From a virus: a stretch of DNA of 64,000 bases. Below are positions 1 to 9,098 of this stretch, piece after piece. A program made the position numbers and the translations under genes. The stretch covers positions 32,001 through 96,000 of the IMG/VR virus record IMGVR_UViG_3300047325_000170; one strand, given 5' to 3'. Numbering within the stretch: position 1 is the stretch's first letter; every line of letters starts with the position of its first letter. The notes beneath the pieces are model-generated. The model was not told the DNA's origin. It saw only the letters and a program-made list of their open reading frames with translations, and ran no database searches.

Positions 1-1
1 A

Positions 2-1591
2 GTACGACAGGGACTGGGCGCTCATGACAACCCACGTTTGCACCGGGGTCACATTGCTTAAGGGTGAGAAGAGCGCAACGTTGTAGACGGTCGTTCCGTA
101 GCTATCAGAGGGCAAGTTGATGCCAGTGACATTGAAGGTCAGCTGTGTCGTCGCACCCACCGGACCCTCGGTTCCGCTCGGAGTCGTATAGGTCGTCGTG
201 TTTCCATTGCTCGCGTTATAGACGGTTGCAAGGGGCGTATACCAGCTGTATGTCCCAGCCCATCCGGCGTCATAGCCGTACGTGCCGTACGGCGGAGGGC
301 TTGCCTCCGCCGAAGTGATGTTGACTGATCCAAAGATTTGAATCGTGTAGGCTCCGGGGACCGCACTTGCATTGTAGTAGGTCAAGGTCTGCGGGGTCGT
401 CACGGCCCATGTCTGGAGAACCGTTCCAGAGCCCGGTGCGAGGACATTCACAACAACTTCGCCGCTGCCGTGACTGTCTGATGTGATGCTGACACTCGTC
501 AGATCAATACTCAGTGCGGTCCCACTTGTCGTTGGGGCAACGGTATTCGCCGGCGTTGGAGACGTAAATGCCGCGCCATTATGGACCTGGAATCCCTGCG
601 CGCTGTAGGTGTAATAGACGTTTTGCCCCGCGACCTTTGTCAGGGTTCCGCTGCCCGTCGTCGACGGGGTGGTTGCGGAGATCTGCGGACTTGAGGCATT
701 CGAGATCGGTGAGCTGTGAGGAACGTTGTTGTCAGTTGTATCAACCGAAGAGACAATGGTCGCCGTTGAGTTGGAGGTGACCGAAGGCAAGGTTGAGGAG
801 ACAAGTTCGGCCCCGACAGAATTATCAAGGACGGGCGCTGCGATATAGGCAAAGGGGAGAAAGGTTGTGCTCGGCTTGATCGCCTGAAAGAAGCACGGCG
901 TGACGTTGAGCGTCTCGGAGTTCTCACCCCACTTGACGACATAGCGCTGCCGGTAGGTCCCTTGGAAGTTCGTGAAGACCTGAAGATAGAAGTCGTCACC
1001 CGTCAATCCAATCGGCTGAACCGCCCAGAGATATCCTAAGGGAAGGGGCTTGCCACTCTCGGACTGGATGGAAACCAGACTGTTGAGCTGCTGGGTGTTG
1101 GGGTTCTGGTAATACGCAATTGTTTCGCCCGTCGCGAGATTGCTTTCGCCCTCTTCAAGGAGCGCAATGAAGTCATCGGTAATCGCGTTCCGCAAATTAT
1201 CGGGGAGCCCGGAGAAGGACACTGGGAAGCGCAGATACTCACTGTAGAAGAGCGGGATGTTTGTTGTGGCGCCGGCGGAGTCCGTGAAGGGCGATGTGAT
1301 GGTCGTGAAGAGAACGTTATCCGTTGGGGCCGACCACGGTTCATTTGTCTCAGGGTCGATGACCTGACCGCCGACGAGCAAGAGCTGCCGCACATTCGCA
1401 TCGAGGTTGTTGCCCATGAACTTCTCGGAGTTCTGCAGGTCGTCATCGGCGACGACAACGTCAGGCACCGGGGGGATCTTCGTTTGCACATACGCGAGGT
1501 TGACCGCGCCCTCAGGGACGTAGTCACCATATCCCACGACGATGCCGGGGGAACTTTGACCGTAGGGGATCTCAACGTATGAACGTGCCAT
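2..1591 (-). CDS. Baseplate/tail-associated structural protein (3' end runs off the window)
   Basis: Not in the ORF track because it has no stop. ATG at 1591 (MARSYVEIPYGQSSPG...) and open to the window edge by my translation. Thr/Ser-rich beta-type sequence with an internal repeat (SDSHG...QTWAVTTPQTLTY / SDSYG...QTWVVMSAQSLSY). Confidence 0.8.
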   Translation of the reverse strand, partial: MARSYVEIPYGQSSPGIVVGYGDYVPEGAVNLAYVQTKIPPVPDVVVADDDLQNSEKFMGNNLDANVRQLLLVGGQVIDPETNEPWSAPTDNVLFTTITSPFTDSAGATTNIPLFYSEYLRFPVSFSGLPDNLRNAITDDFIALLEEGESNLATGETIAYYQNPNTQQLNSLVSIQSESGKPLPLGYLWAVQPIGLTGDDFYLQVFTNFQGTYRQRYVVKWGENSETLNVTPCFFQAIKPSTTFLPFAYIAAPVLDNSVGAELVSSTLPSVTSNSTATIVSSVDTTDNNVPHSSPISNASSPQISATTPSTTGSGTLTKVAGQNVYYTYSAQGFQVHNGAAFTSPTPANTVAPTTSGTALSIDLTSVSITSDSHGSGEVVVNVLAPGSGTVLQTWAVTTPQTLTYYNASAVPGAYTIQIFGSVNITSAEASPPPYGTYGYDAGWAGTYSWYTPLATVYNASNGNTTTYTTPSGTEGPVGATTQLTFNVTGINLPSDSYGTTVYNVALFSPLSNVTPVQTWVVMSAQSLSY

Positions 1592-1607
1592 TATTCGGAG
1601 TGCCTGC

Positions 1608-4600
1608 TCATTCGAAGGGTGTATACATTTCGATGAAGGTCTGGGCTAACAAAGTGGAGATCGGATTGCCTTGGTCATCAAAGAGCTGCATGGCCGCGGT
1701 CACCTGGGCAACTTGCGAGAACTCAGAGGCGGGGAAGTGCGTCGAGACCTGACCGTAGTAATCGGTCGTGCCATTATAGGTCTGTGTTCCCTCGCGATAG
1801 GAAACAAGGATGATCACCGGCAGCCCATTGGTCGCATTCCCCGCGGCATCCGTGACCTGGACCCGCACGCTGAAGGTCGTCACTCCATCTGCTACAACCG
1901 AGGCCGGGTCAGCAATCACCGTCATCGTCGTCGGTAAATAGAAGTCAGACGTCACATAGACGAAGCCTTGATTGCGTGGGTTGAAGTAGGGGTGGAGGGG
2001 CAGTGACGTGAGGTTGCGACCACTCCCTCCCTCGTAGAGGATGAGGACGCCGGTCGGCTGGTCTTGATCCATCACGAAGTAACTTCCGATGTCGGTCGTT
2101 GAGGGATCGATGTAGAAGCTGTTCTGCAGCTGGTAGGAGATCGTCAACTCGGTCGTGTCCGGGACAACCGTGGTGAAGGTCAAGCTGTTGTCGAGAGATC
2201 CCGTTGCGCTCGGAGTGTACGTGAGCCCATCGCTTGCGGCGAGGACGTTGATGTTCTCAAGGCCTTCGTAGGTGAGGTAGACGGTTGCCGTGCCATTGCC
2301 GCTGACGGTTTCGCTCGTCGTGAGGGTATAGTTGTTGGCATCGTCGGTGAAGTAGACGCGGCGCAGGGGTGTGAAGCCGCCGTCAAGCGCCACGATGGAG
2401 GCGTAGACCGGCGTATTGGGCATCGCGCCATTGAGTAAGAGGTTGCTTGAAACCGTCTCAGCGTAGATCGGCTGTGAGAAGAAGTAGTGCTCTTCTTGAT
2501 TGAGATAGTAGACGCCGGGTGCCACCATGGCAAACCACGCGTCACTCTCTTGGGCGAGGGGCACGAAGGGTGTGGGTTGGTAGGTCGTGCCATTGAGCTG
2601 CCGTTGCTGTGCTGCTTGATTGGCTGCGGTCGCTGTGGCTGCGGCAATATCGGTCGGGAAGGCAATGGAGAGGAAACAGTCGGTGTCTTGTCCGATGCCG
2701 GCCTGGAAAGCCATGAAGCGGTTGATCGTCGCGGTTGAGATCGCCGTCCCCGGTGTATTGAAGTCAACGTAGTAACCGGTTGTCGAGGGGGTCGCCGAGA
2801 AGGTCGACTCGCCGAAGATCGTTGAGCCGAAGATCGAGGGTGTGTAGTTTGCGCCGGGGATCGTCGTCAGCGTCCCGGAGTAGAAGATCCGCTGGGGCGA
2901 GAGCGTCTCGGCATACTGCGGATCAAAGAGATTCGGCAAGAAGCCAAAGTCACTGTAGCGCTCATTGAGCGTATGCCAGATATTGCGATCCCAGCGCACG
3001 TCGCCCCACTCGAGGGGCGCAACCGTCGTGATCTCCTGGGCGAAGGCACGGAGAAGCGGCGTCGCCGCACCCTGTGCGGTGTAGAGGAGATCTTGGATCT
3101 GCGGGTCGGTGAGGTTGTTGACCCAGACCTGATCGCCGTCAATATAGCGCAGATCATAGGTCTCCGTGAAAGGCGACATGGAGAGGTACTGTCCGTCCCA
3201 GGTGACGGTGGGCGGGAGGGTGACGAGAAGATCAAAGGGAGCGGCCGTGGCAGAACCCGAGTTCGTCACATTGACCGTCAGCGTCCAGGTCGCATTCGTT
3301 GGGATTGCGGCGGGATCTACATCCGGTGGTGTACTTGTGTAGTTGGGGAAGAGGGGCACACCTGCGGGCGTTGGGTCTACCGTGTAATGCGCCGAGATCC
3401 GCATGATCGGCGCAAGATCCGTAAGGACGTCAGGCTGCGCTTCGAGCTCGAGCGGGAAGTTCCCCAAACTGTCGTCGTAGATGTAGCCAAGCTGAAGCTG
3501 ATCGCCCGCTGTCGCTGGTGTGCTCAAGGTGAAAACACTGGTGGAAAGTTCGCTATAGTCCACGCCCTTGACGAGCGCATAGCCATTCTTCCAGACCTGT
3601 AAGCTGCCGGGGTACCAGCGATTCGTGGGTGCTCCGAAGCTCGTTGTGTCGCGGGTGGGGTTGATGAGATCGTAGATTGGCTGGGCCGAGGCCGGGACGG
3701 TGTTCGTGAAGAGGAGGGGCACCGCACCGGGCACGACGATCCCACCCGTTGCCATGAGCTGTAAAGTCGAACTTGCGGTGCCGCCGATTCCGAGTTGCGG
3801 GAAGCTGAGGACGACTTGATTCTGTGCGTTCTCTGCGGTGCCGCTGGCTGCATCAGCGAGGGTGGTAACGACGCTGTAGTACGGGAGGGGAAGGCGGTCG
3901 ATGAGGATCGTGTCCCCGTAGACATTTCCCGTACCAATCGCGATGACGGGCGAGGATGCGGTGGCCCCCGAGAGATTGGTAAGGTTGGGATGGATGCCCC
4001 AGCTCACATGGTTGACCAGGCCCAGTTCTGTTGCGAGGGCGTTGCGTAAGAGCGGGAGGGTTGGTCCCGAAGGATAGAGGACCGCATCGATGAGCCGGCG
4101 CTGGTAGGCGAGGTTATCTTCGCCTTGCAGGCGGGGCTTATTGAGATAGGTGCCGCACTCATCGAGTCCCGTCCACACCATGTGGAGAACCGGTGGAAAG
4201 ACGACCTCGCCCGGTGCAAGATTGTTGACCGCCGTTCCGCCATTCGGTGTCGGTCCGGTCGTCTGCAACCAAACCTCGAAGTACGGTTCGCGGGTGTAGA
4301 CGTAGGGCACGTCTTCTGGCAAGACATAGAAGACATCGTAGGTCGTGTAGTGGACTTCGAAAGTCGAACCCGACGCGGGAGCCGCCGAAGCCGTAAAGGT
4401 CAGGGTCTGGAGATCTCCAGCCACGGAGTAGTTATACGAAGGGATCTCAACATTGGGACCGTTGAGATAGATCCACTCAATCTGCCGCGAGCCATCTTCG
4501 TTGACCCCCACCCGATTGGGAAGCGAGTAGGCCGATGCACCTCCCGCATACGTCGCAATCTGCGAGAGCCCATAGTAGAAGTCAAAGAGGCGAAAGCATT

Positions 4601-5045
4601 GCTGTAAGATGAGCTGCGGGACACGGTTGGGATTGAGCGTCTCGGTGCCATCGGGCTGGACCGTCCCAAGATAACTTGGCTCGAGCGTAGCGGAAGCACC
4701 CGTACAGCCGGTCTGCGAGTTCTGCAGGGAGACACGGTAGACAAGGTCCAGAGAAGCAGGCGAGCGCCCCGGGTACTCCAGGAAGCGCTCGTAGAGGTTC
4801 TCATCAAGAGCCATGTCGAGCAGCTCAAGCTCGATGGCAAAGGTGTTCATCAGGCGCTGCCAGTGGCTCCCCTGAAGGCTTGCGTTATAGGCCGATGCAG
4901 CAGTAACCGCTGTAAGTGACAGCGGTCCTTGGGGCAGCCCATAGGTGCGGGCATCGGTCCAGCTAGGGAGGGTATTCGCCAACTCCTGCGTGAGGTTTGT
5001 TGGCGGATTCTCCCCCGGAAGCAGATGCCTGAAGTCAGCAGGCAT
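1608..5045 (-). CDS. Large baseplate wedge-type structural protein with C-terminal Ig-like (Big_1-like) domain
   Basis: Follows baseplate J. Motif PRLQGEDNLAYQRRL resembles the wedge R.xGExDxxxRxR motif. C-terminus ADPASVVADG..VQVTDAAGN..GTTDYYG is Ig/invasin-like. Confidence 0.65.
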   Translation of the reverse strand: MPADFRHLLPGENPPTNLTQELANTLPSWTDARTYGLPQGPLSLTAVTAASAYNASLQGSHWQRLMNTFAIELELLDMALDENLYERFLEYPGRSPASLDLVYRVSLQNSQTGCTGASATLEPSYLGTVQPDGTETLNPNRVPQLILQQCFRLFDFYYGLSQIATYAGGASAYSLPNRVGVNEDGSRQIEWIYLNGPNVEIPSYNYSVAGDLQTLTFTASAAPASGSTFEVHYTTYDVFYVLPEDVPYVYTREPYFEVWLQTTGPTPNGGTAVNNLAPGEVVFPPVLHMVWTGLDECGTYLNKPRLQGEDNLAYQRRLIDAVLYPSGPTLPLLRNALATELGLVNHVSWGIHPNLTNLSGATASSPVIAIGTGNVYGDTILIDRLPLPYYSVVTTLADAASGTAENAQNQVVLSFPQLGIGGTASSTLQLMATGGIVVPGAVPLLFTNTVPASAQPIYDLINPTRDTTSFGAPTNRWYPGSLQVWKNGYALVKGVDYSELSTSVFTLSTPATAGDQLQLGYIYDDSLGNFPLELEAQPDVLTDLAPIMRISAHYTVDPTPAGVPLFPNYTSTPPDVDPAAIPTNATWTLTVNVTNSGSATAAPFDLLVTLPPTVTWDGQYLSMSPFTETYDLRYIDGDQVWVNNLTDPQIQDLLYTAQGAATPLLRAFAQEITTVAPLEWGDVRWDRNIWHTLNERYSDFGFLPNLFDPQYAETLSPQRIFYSGTLTTIPGANYTPSIFGSTIFGESTFSATPSTTGYYVDFNTPGTAISTATINRFMAFQAGIGQDTDCFLSIAFPTDIAAATATAANQAAQQRQLNGTTYQPTPFVPLAQESDAWFAMVAPGVYYLNQEEHYFFSQPIYAETVSSNLLLNGAMPNTPVYASIVALDGGFTPLRRVYFTDDANNYTLTTSETVSGNGTATVYLTYEGLENINVLAASDGLTYTPSATGSLDNSLTFTTVVPDTTELTISYQLQNSFYIDPSTTDIGSYFVMDQDQPTGVLILYEGGSGRNLTSLPLHPYFNPRNQGFVYVTSDFYLPTTMTVIADPASVVADGVTTFSVRVQVTDAAGNATNGLPVIILVSYREGTQTYNGTTDYYGQVSTHFPASEFSQVAQVTAAMQLFDDQGNPISTLLAQTFIEMYTPFE

Positions 5046-5875
5046 TACGTAATGGAGATCGTTCCTGGAAGAAGCTGCTGATCAAACTGCGGTGTGTAGT
5101 TCCGCAGGAGCTGCTCGACCGTGTTCCCATTCGCGTCGGTCGTCGAGATCGTTAAAAGATCGAAGTCGGTGATGGTGCCGTTCGTCCCCGATGACGTCAG
5201 GACGACGGCATCAAGCTCAGCCGTAATCAAGGCTTGTCCCATCGTCAGCCCATTGATGTAGGTGTTGATCGCTGCCTGCGCTTGTGTTTGCAAATTGGCA
5301 ACGTTCGTGCCGACGCCCGTTGAGGTGGTAATGGTCGCCGTGAGATTGACGTAGAGTGGGGTCGGGGTGAGGACGATGTTATAAGCGCCAGCTGCTCCCA
5401 AGAGGGCAAGCGCACTCGCTGCCGCACTCACCGTCGCTGCATCGACAATACTTCCACTTGACACCAAGTAGAAGGCCATAGTCCCGATCCCTTGGGTGTA
5501 GGGGACCGTCACCACGTTCGTCACACTCGAGAGGTTTGAGAGCGCGCTCACAAGCGCAGAGAGATTGGTCCCCGTCGCACCGGTGATCGCCCCCGCAATA
5601 CGCGCACGCAATGCGGCATCGCTCTCGCCCATGCGGGCGGTCACGCCGACGAGGAGACCGAGCCCTTCGAGCGAGTCGGTGGCAGCCTGTGAGAGGTACT
5701 GCGTCCCGAGGTTCGAGGCCATGTCGCTGTAGAGATCAGCGATGTGGAGATCCACGGACTCAACCATGCTGCGGAGCACGGTGCCTTGGTAGTTGGCATC
5801 GGTATAGCCAAGAGAAGAAAGTCGGGCAACCGCGTCAGCGTTGAGGGTGGCGAAGTCTTTCTGGATCAAGGCCAC
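5045..5875 (-). CDS. Baseplate J-like wedge protein (compact)
   Basis: LSQAATDSLEGLG...GESDAALRARI, GT..FYL, AAINTYINGL.MGQ motifs. GTG start. Position after the gp25-like gene. Confidence 0.85.
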   Translation of the reverse strand: MALIQKDFATLNADAVARLSSLGYTDANYQGTVLRSMVESVDLHIADLYSDMASNLGTQYLSQAATDSLEGLGLLVGVTARMGESDAALRARIAGAITGATGTNLSALVSALSNLSSVTNVVTVPYTQGIGTMAFYLVSSGSIVDAATVSAAASALALLGAAGAYNIVLTPTPLYVNLTATITTSTGVGTNVANLQTQAQAAINTYINGLTMGQALITAELDAVVLTSSGTNGTITDFDLLTISTTDANGNTVEQLLRNYTPQFDQQLLPGTISIT

Positions 5876-5885
5876 GGAAAGACTC

Positions 5886-6275
5886 CTACGATTGGTTCGT
5901 CAGATCAACCACGGTTGTGTAGAGAGGGGCGGTCGACTGGACGGTTGGCTCTGTTACGCTGACGGCAAACATGATTGAGTTGAGATCCAGGGGCACGGCA
6001 TCAACGGTCACGTTCGAACTACTAAAGCGCCCGTCGTAGGTCAGGGCGCTTTGGATGTTCGATTCCCCAAGACTCCCGGTCTGCTGGTTATTGGGCATCC
6101 CGACGATATCGAGGAGGTTGGCCCCGATGGGCCACTGTGCTTGGTCTGGGTTCGAGGTAAGACACCGGTAGTTGATGTCTTGCATATCGATAGAAATGCC
6201 GCTGCCAACGACCAAGCCACCCTGGTAGTTGGGAATGAGATCTCCGGTGGGGGTAATCGCCAGATCGACCATCAT
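5886..6275 (-). CDS. Baseplate wedge/sheath initiator (gp25/W-like)
   Basis: 129 aa, DLAITPTGDL...IGANLLDIVG...ALTYDGRF pattern, directly upstream of J. Confidence 0.75.
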   Translation of the reverse strand: MMVDLAITPTGDLIPNYQGGLVVGSGISIDMQDINYRCLTSNPDQAQWPIGANLLDIVGMPNNQQTGSLGESNIQSALTYDGRFSSSNVTVDAVPLDLNSIMFAVSVTEPTVQSTAPLYTTVVDLTNQS

Positions 6276-6315
6276 GCTCCTGGGAGCGAGGATGTAGTCT
6301 AGCTACGTTCTCTCT

Positions 6316-6326
6316 ATCTTACCACA
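6316..6326 (-). promoter_or_regulatory. Candidate extended -10 promoter (TGTGGTAAGAT)
   Basis: TGn+TAAGAT about 40 nt upstream of the 6275 start, in the longest intergenic gap. Confidence 0.4.
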
Positions 6327-6525
6327 AGGAAAGAAGCTGATGCTATGGCGAAGGAGGACCCTATCCGAAGTTGCCACCTCCTACCCTCTTATGCCCCGCC
6401 CCCATCTGTAGGGCGCCAGTTCTCATAAAAGAAACGTGGCGCCAGGATGTATGGGGTATGGGTACTAGCCAGAGGCACGAGGGCTTGGCCGACGCTTGCG
6501 CGCCGTAGGGTAAAGGGTAGCTTCT

Positions 6526-7383
6526 CTAGCCCCCGCCCGAAGTTCCTGCTGAGCTCAGGGCTGGTCCGATCCCCGGCACGGCGGAGAGAAGCAAGCTCTG
6601 GAGCTGGGTTCCAAGGACGGTGCCTTCGATGGAGGCGTTGTAGGCGGGCTGGAATTGGTATTTGATGAGAGGCTGGAGGGCTAGGCCCACCGGCCCGAGG
6701 GTGACGGGGAAGCCAGCCGCCTCGAGCAGCCCCGGGATCCCCTGCATGAGCATTTGGAGGAACATGATCGCCGCGAAGTTGAGCATCGGGAGCTTCTGCG
6801 GGGTCAGGGTGCAGTAGGTCTGGAAGGGGTCGGTGTAGTTGACTGCCCCGTCAATGGCCGAGAAGTCCCCGCCGACGGAGGAGATCGTGCTCTGGATCCC
6901 CGAGATCGTGGACTGAAGGGAGGTCAGACTTGAGATCCCAGGAACTGCGGCCTCCCCATACGCGAAGGCGTTCTGGAGCTCAGAGATCCCCGGCGGCATG
7001 TTGAATGTTGGGTTGAGGGCCGGGTTGAAGGGCGTGTAGTTCCAGAGTAAGCTGCCATTGGCGGCCTTGAAGTGGATGATCGGCGCCGAGGCGATGATGA
7101 CATCAGCATAGGTCAGGGCGCAGGTGGCATTGGTTCCCGCGTCATTCCCGATGAGGAGCATGCCCGCTTGCCCGGACGCAAGGGCCGCTTCCTGCCGACT
7201 GTCGTGCCCGTCGGTGACATAGCTGCGTAGCCGCAGGACTTGATTGGTCTGCGTGTTGATGATGCCCTGATCGTCGTCTTTCCAGTAGGCGCCCCGCGCT
7301 TCCACTTGGGTTGGAGGAAGGACACGGGTAAAGAGATCGGTGATGGCGAGCTGCCAGGGCTGGCTTTGAAGACCAAAAGACAT
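6526..7383 (-). CDS. Baseplate/spike-region protein, hydrophobic C-terminus, function unknown
   Basis: 285-aa ORF coupled by TAATG to the transglycosylase gene, between hub and wedge genes. Confidence 0.55.
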   Translation of the reverse strand: MSFGLQSQPWQLAITDLFTRVLPPTQVEARGAYWKDDDQGIINTQTNQVLRLRSYVTDGHDSRQEAALASGQAGMLLIGNDAGTNATCALTYADVIIASAPIIHFKAANGSLLWNYTPFNPALNPTFNMPPGISELQNAFAYGEAAVPGISSLTSLQSTISGIQSTISSVGGDFSAIDGAVNYTDPFQTYCTLTPQKLPMLNFAAIMFLQMLMQGIPGLLEAAGFPVTLGPVGLALQPLIKYQFQPAYNASIEGTVLGTQLQSLLLSAVPGIGPALSSAGTSGGG

Positions 7384-8630
7384 TAGTCGGTCGTTCCTAC
7401 GGGGATACCGCTCTTGCTTCCAGCGTTGGTAGGATCATTATACTTCACTTCTCGCCGCTGGTTGATCTTCAGCTTCCCAAGCTCGGTTGAACGGGCCTGG
7501 TACTGCTTCCAGCTTCGTGCGACGACCACAAGGTAGTGGTCATTCTCACCATGGTCAATGGGCTTGTAGGGATCAGTTACCCCACGGCCGATGGAGGGAT
7601 TAACAATACCCGCTCCCCCATTATACGCGCGAATGATCCAGAGCGGATTCATATTTCCTGGTGAGTTGACATACTGTGTGATAAGAAGGTTGACGTAGGC
7701 AGCGCAACACCAAATACTCGTCGTTGCGTTGCGGGGATCTTTCTTCAGCGTGGGGTTCTTAGCAAAAGCGGCCGGGTAGGCATCGCCATTGAAGGTATTG
7801 GGCTCGAGCTGGCAGAGACCCATAGCTCCGGTGCGTGAAAGAGCTTGTGTGTCACCATGTGATTCATTCGTAAGGATTGCGGCAATGAAGTTCGGGTCAA
7901 TGTTGTAGGCAATCCCCGCTTGGTTGATGTCAAAACGGTAGGCATAACAACAGCAGCTGGGATCGCAGTTGAAGCCAGAGGCCCCATAGTTCATCCCGGC
8001 TGGGGTAAGGCTATTCCCGTCGAATGGGCCGCCAAACCCGCCGCCTGATGTGCCCGGCGCAGAGACGCCCGTATTGTCAAAACCCCCAACGAGGGTGGTA
8101 CTACCCGTTAAGGTTTGGGGCGTCGTCCCGGTGTTTTGGAGCTCAGCAATGACATGTTGCACGGGCGGGTGCAAGAACTGATAGGAGACCGGGGCGCACT
8201 CGGAGGGCTTCCCGCCATCGTAGAGGATCTTCACGGCGAGGGGTTGGCCCCCGTCCTTAAGATAGTGAATGAGATCGCTGCGACGACTTGCCTCGATGTT
8301 ATTGATATGCATCGGCAAGTTGTAGATCCACTTGTTCCCTTGTGGTGTACGAACTCGGACGTCGAGGAGAACGTCATCGTTCTGGAAGCCATCGACCCGT
8401 CCGAAGAACCCGGCGATGTAAGTCTCAAAGGATTGAATAGCGGAGGCGAGGGTGTACCAGAACTCTTGGGGCGTGTAGCTTGCGCCGGTGGTGAAACGGC
8501 TGTAGCTTCCTCCCGGTGGAGTCAGATAGGCCTCTCCCGTGTCGGGATAGAGCGTGACGCGGCGCGCGGGATCAACGACCTTCTCAAAGATCTCTTGTTT
8601 GAACTTGGTCCGGTTGTTGATCTGACTCAT
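7383..8630 (-). CDS. Virion-associated lytic transglycosylase (SLT domain)
   Basis: AILTNES (catalytic E), GAMGLCQL and AYNGG motifs in the C-terminal half. Confidence 0.88.
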   Translation of the reverse strand: MSQINNRTKFKQEIFEKVVDPARRVTLYPDTGEAYLTPPGGSYSRFTTGASYTPQEFWYTLASAIQSFETYIAGFFGRVDGFQNDDVLLDVRVRTPQGNKWIYNLPMHINNIEASRRSDLIHYLKDGGQPLAVKILYDGGKPSECAPVSYQFLHPPVQHVIAELQNTGTTPQTLTGSTTLVGGFDNTGVSAPGTSGGGFGGPFDGNSLTPAGMNYGASGFNCDPSCCCYAYRFDINQAGIAYNIDPNFIAAILTNESHGDTQALSRTGAMGLCQLEPNTFNGDAYPAAFAKNPTLKKDPRNATTSIWCCAAYVNLLITQYVNSPGNMNPLWIIRAYNGGAGIVNPSIGRGVTDPYKPIDHGENDHYLVVVARSWKQYQARSTELGKLKINQRREVKYNDPTNAGSKSGIPVGTTD

Positions 8631-9065
8631 TTACTCTGCTCCGAGATGAACGTGGTCTGCGCCGTTATCGGTGAAGCCCTTCTCGCCAATCGCTGCGTAG
8701 TTTGCATCGGTCTGCGCGGCCCCGCCAAGTCCGATCTGATAGCACCAGACGGACTGGGCCGCAGCCGAAAGGAAGGCCTGGAACTTCGGATCGTTCTGGT
8801 CCATGTAGTCGCCCGCCGTCTCGGAATTCAAAGGCCAGCAATCAACGCAGTAGCCGTTCGCATGGGAGTGCAGGCCGAGGTAGGCATCGTTGGAATGGTC
8901 GGTGCGCACTGCCGTAATCTCAAGGTGGAACCCCTTCCCGAGGAGCTCGAGCAAGAGCGCGATGAGCCCCGTCTGTGTGAGGGATTCGTTGAGCAGATCA
9001 GACTTCTGGGTGCTGTCCTGGTAGATCAGCTGGGCGGCGAGTGACTCACGGGCTTGTAACGACAC
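8631..9065 (-). CDS. Zn metallopeptidase, M15/LAS-like
   Basis: SHANGYCVD (H-x6-D) and DHVHL (HxH). GTG start. Confidence 0.75.
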   Translation of the reverse strand: MSLQARESLAAQLIYQDSTQKSDLLNESLTQTGLIALLLELLGKGFHLEITAVRTDHSNDAYLGLHSHANGYCVDCWPLNSETAGDYMDQNDPKFQAFLSAAAQSVWCYQIGLGGAAQTDANYAAIGEKGFTDNGADHVHLGAE

Positions 9066-9098
9066 GAGACTTCCCCTTCACGGGAAGATCGGGCCTAA

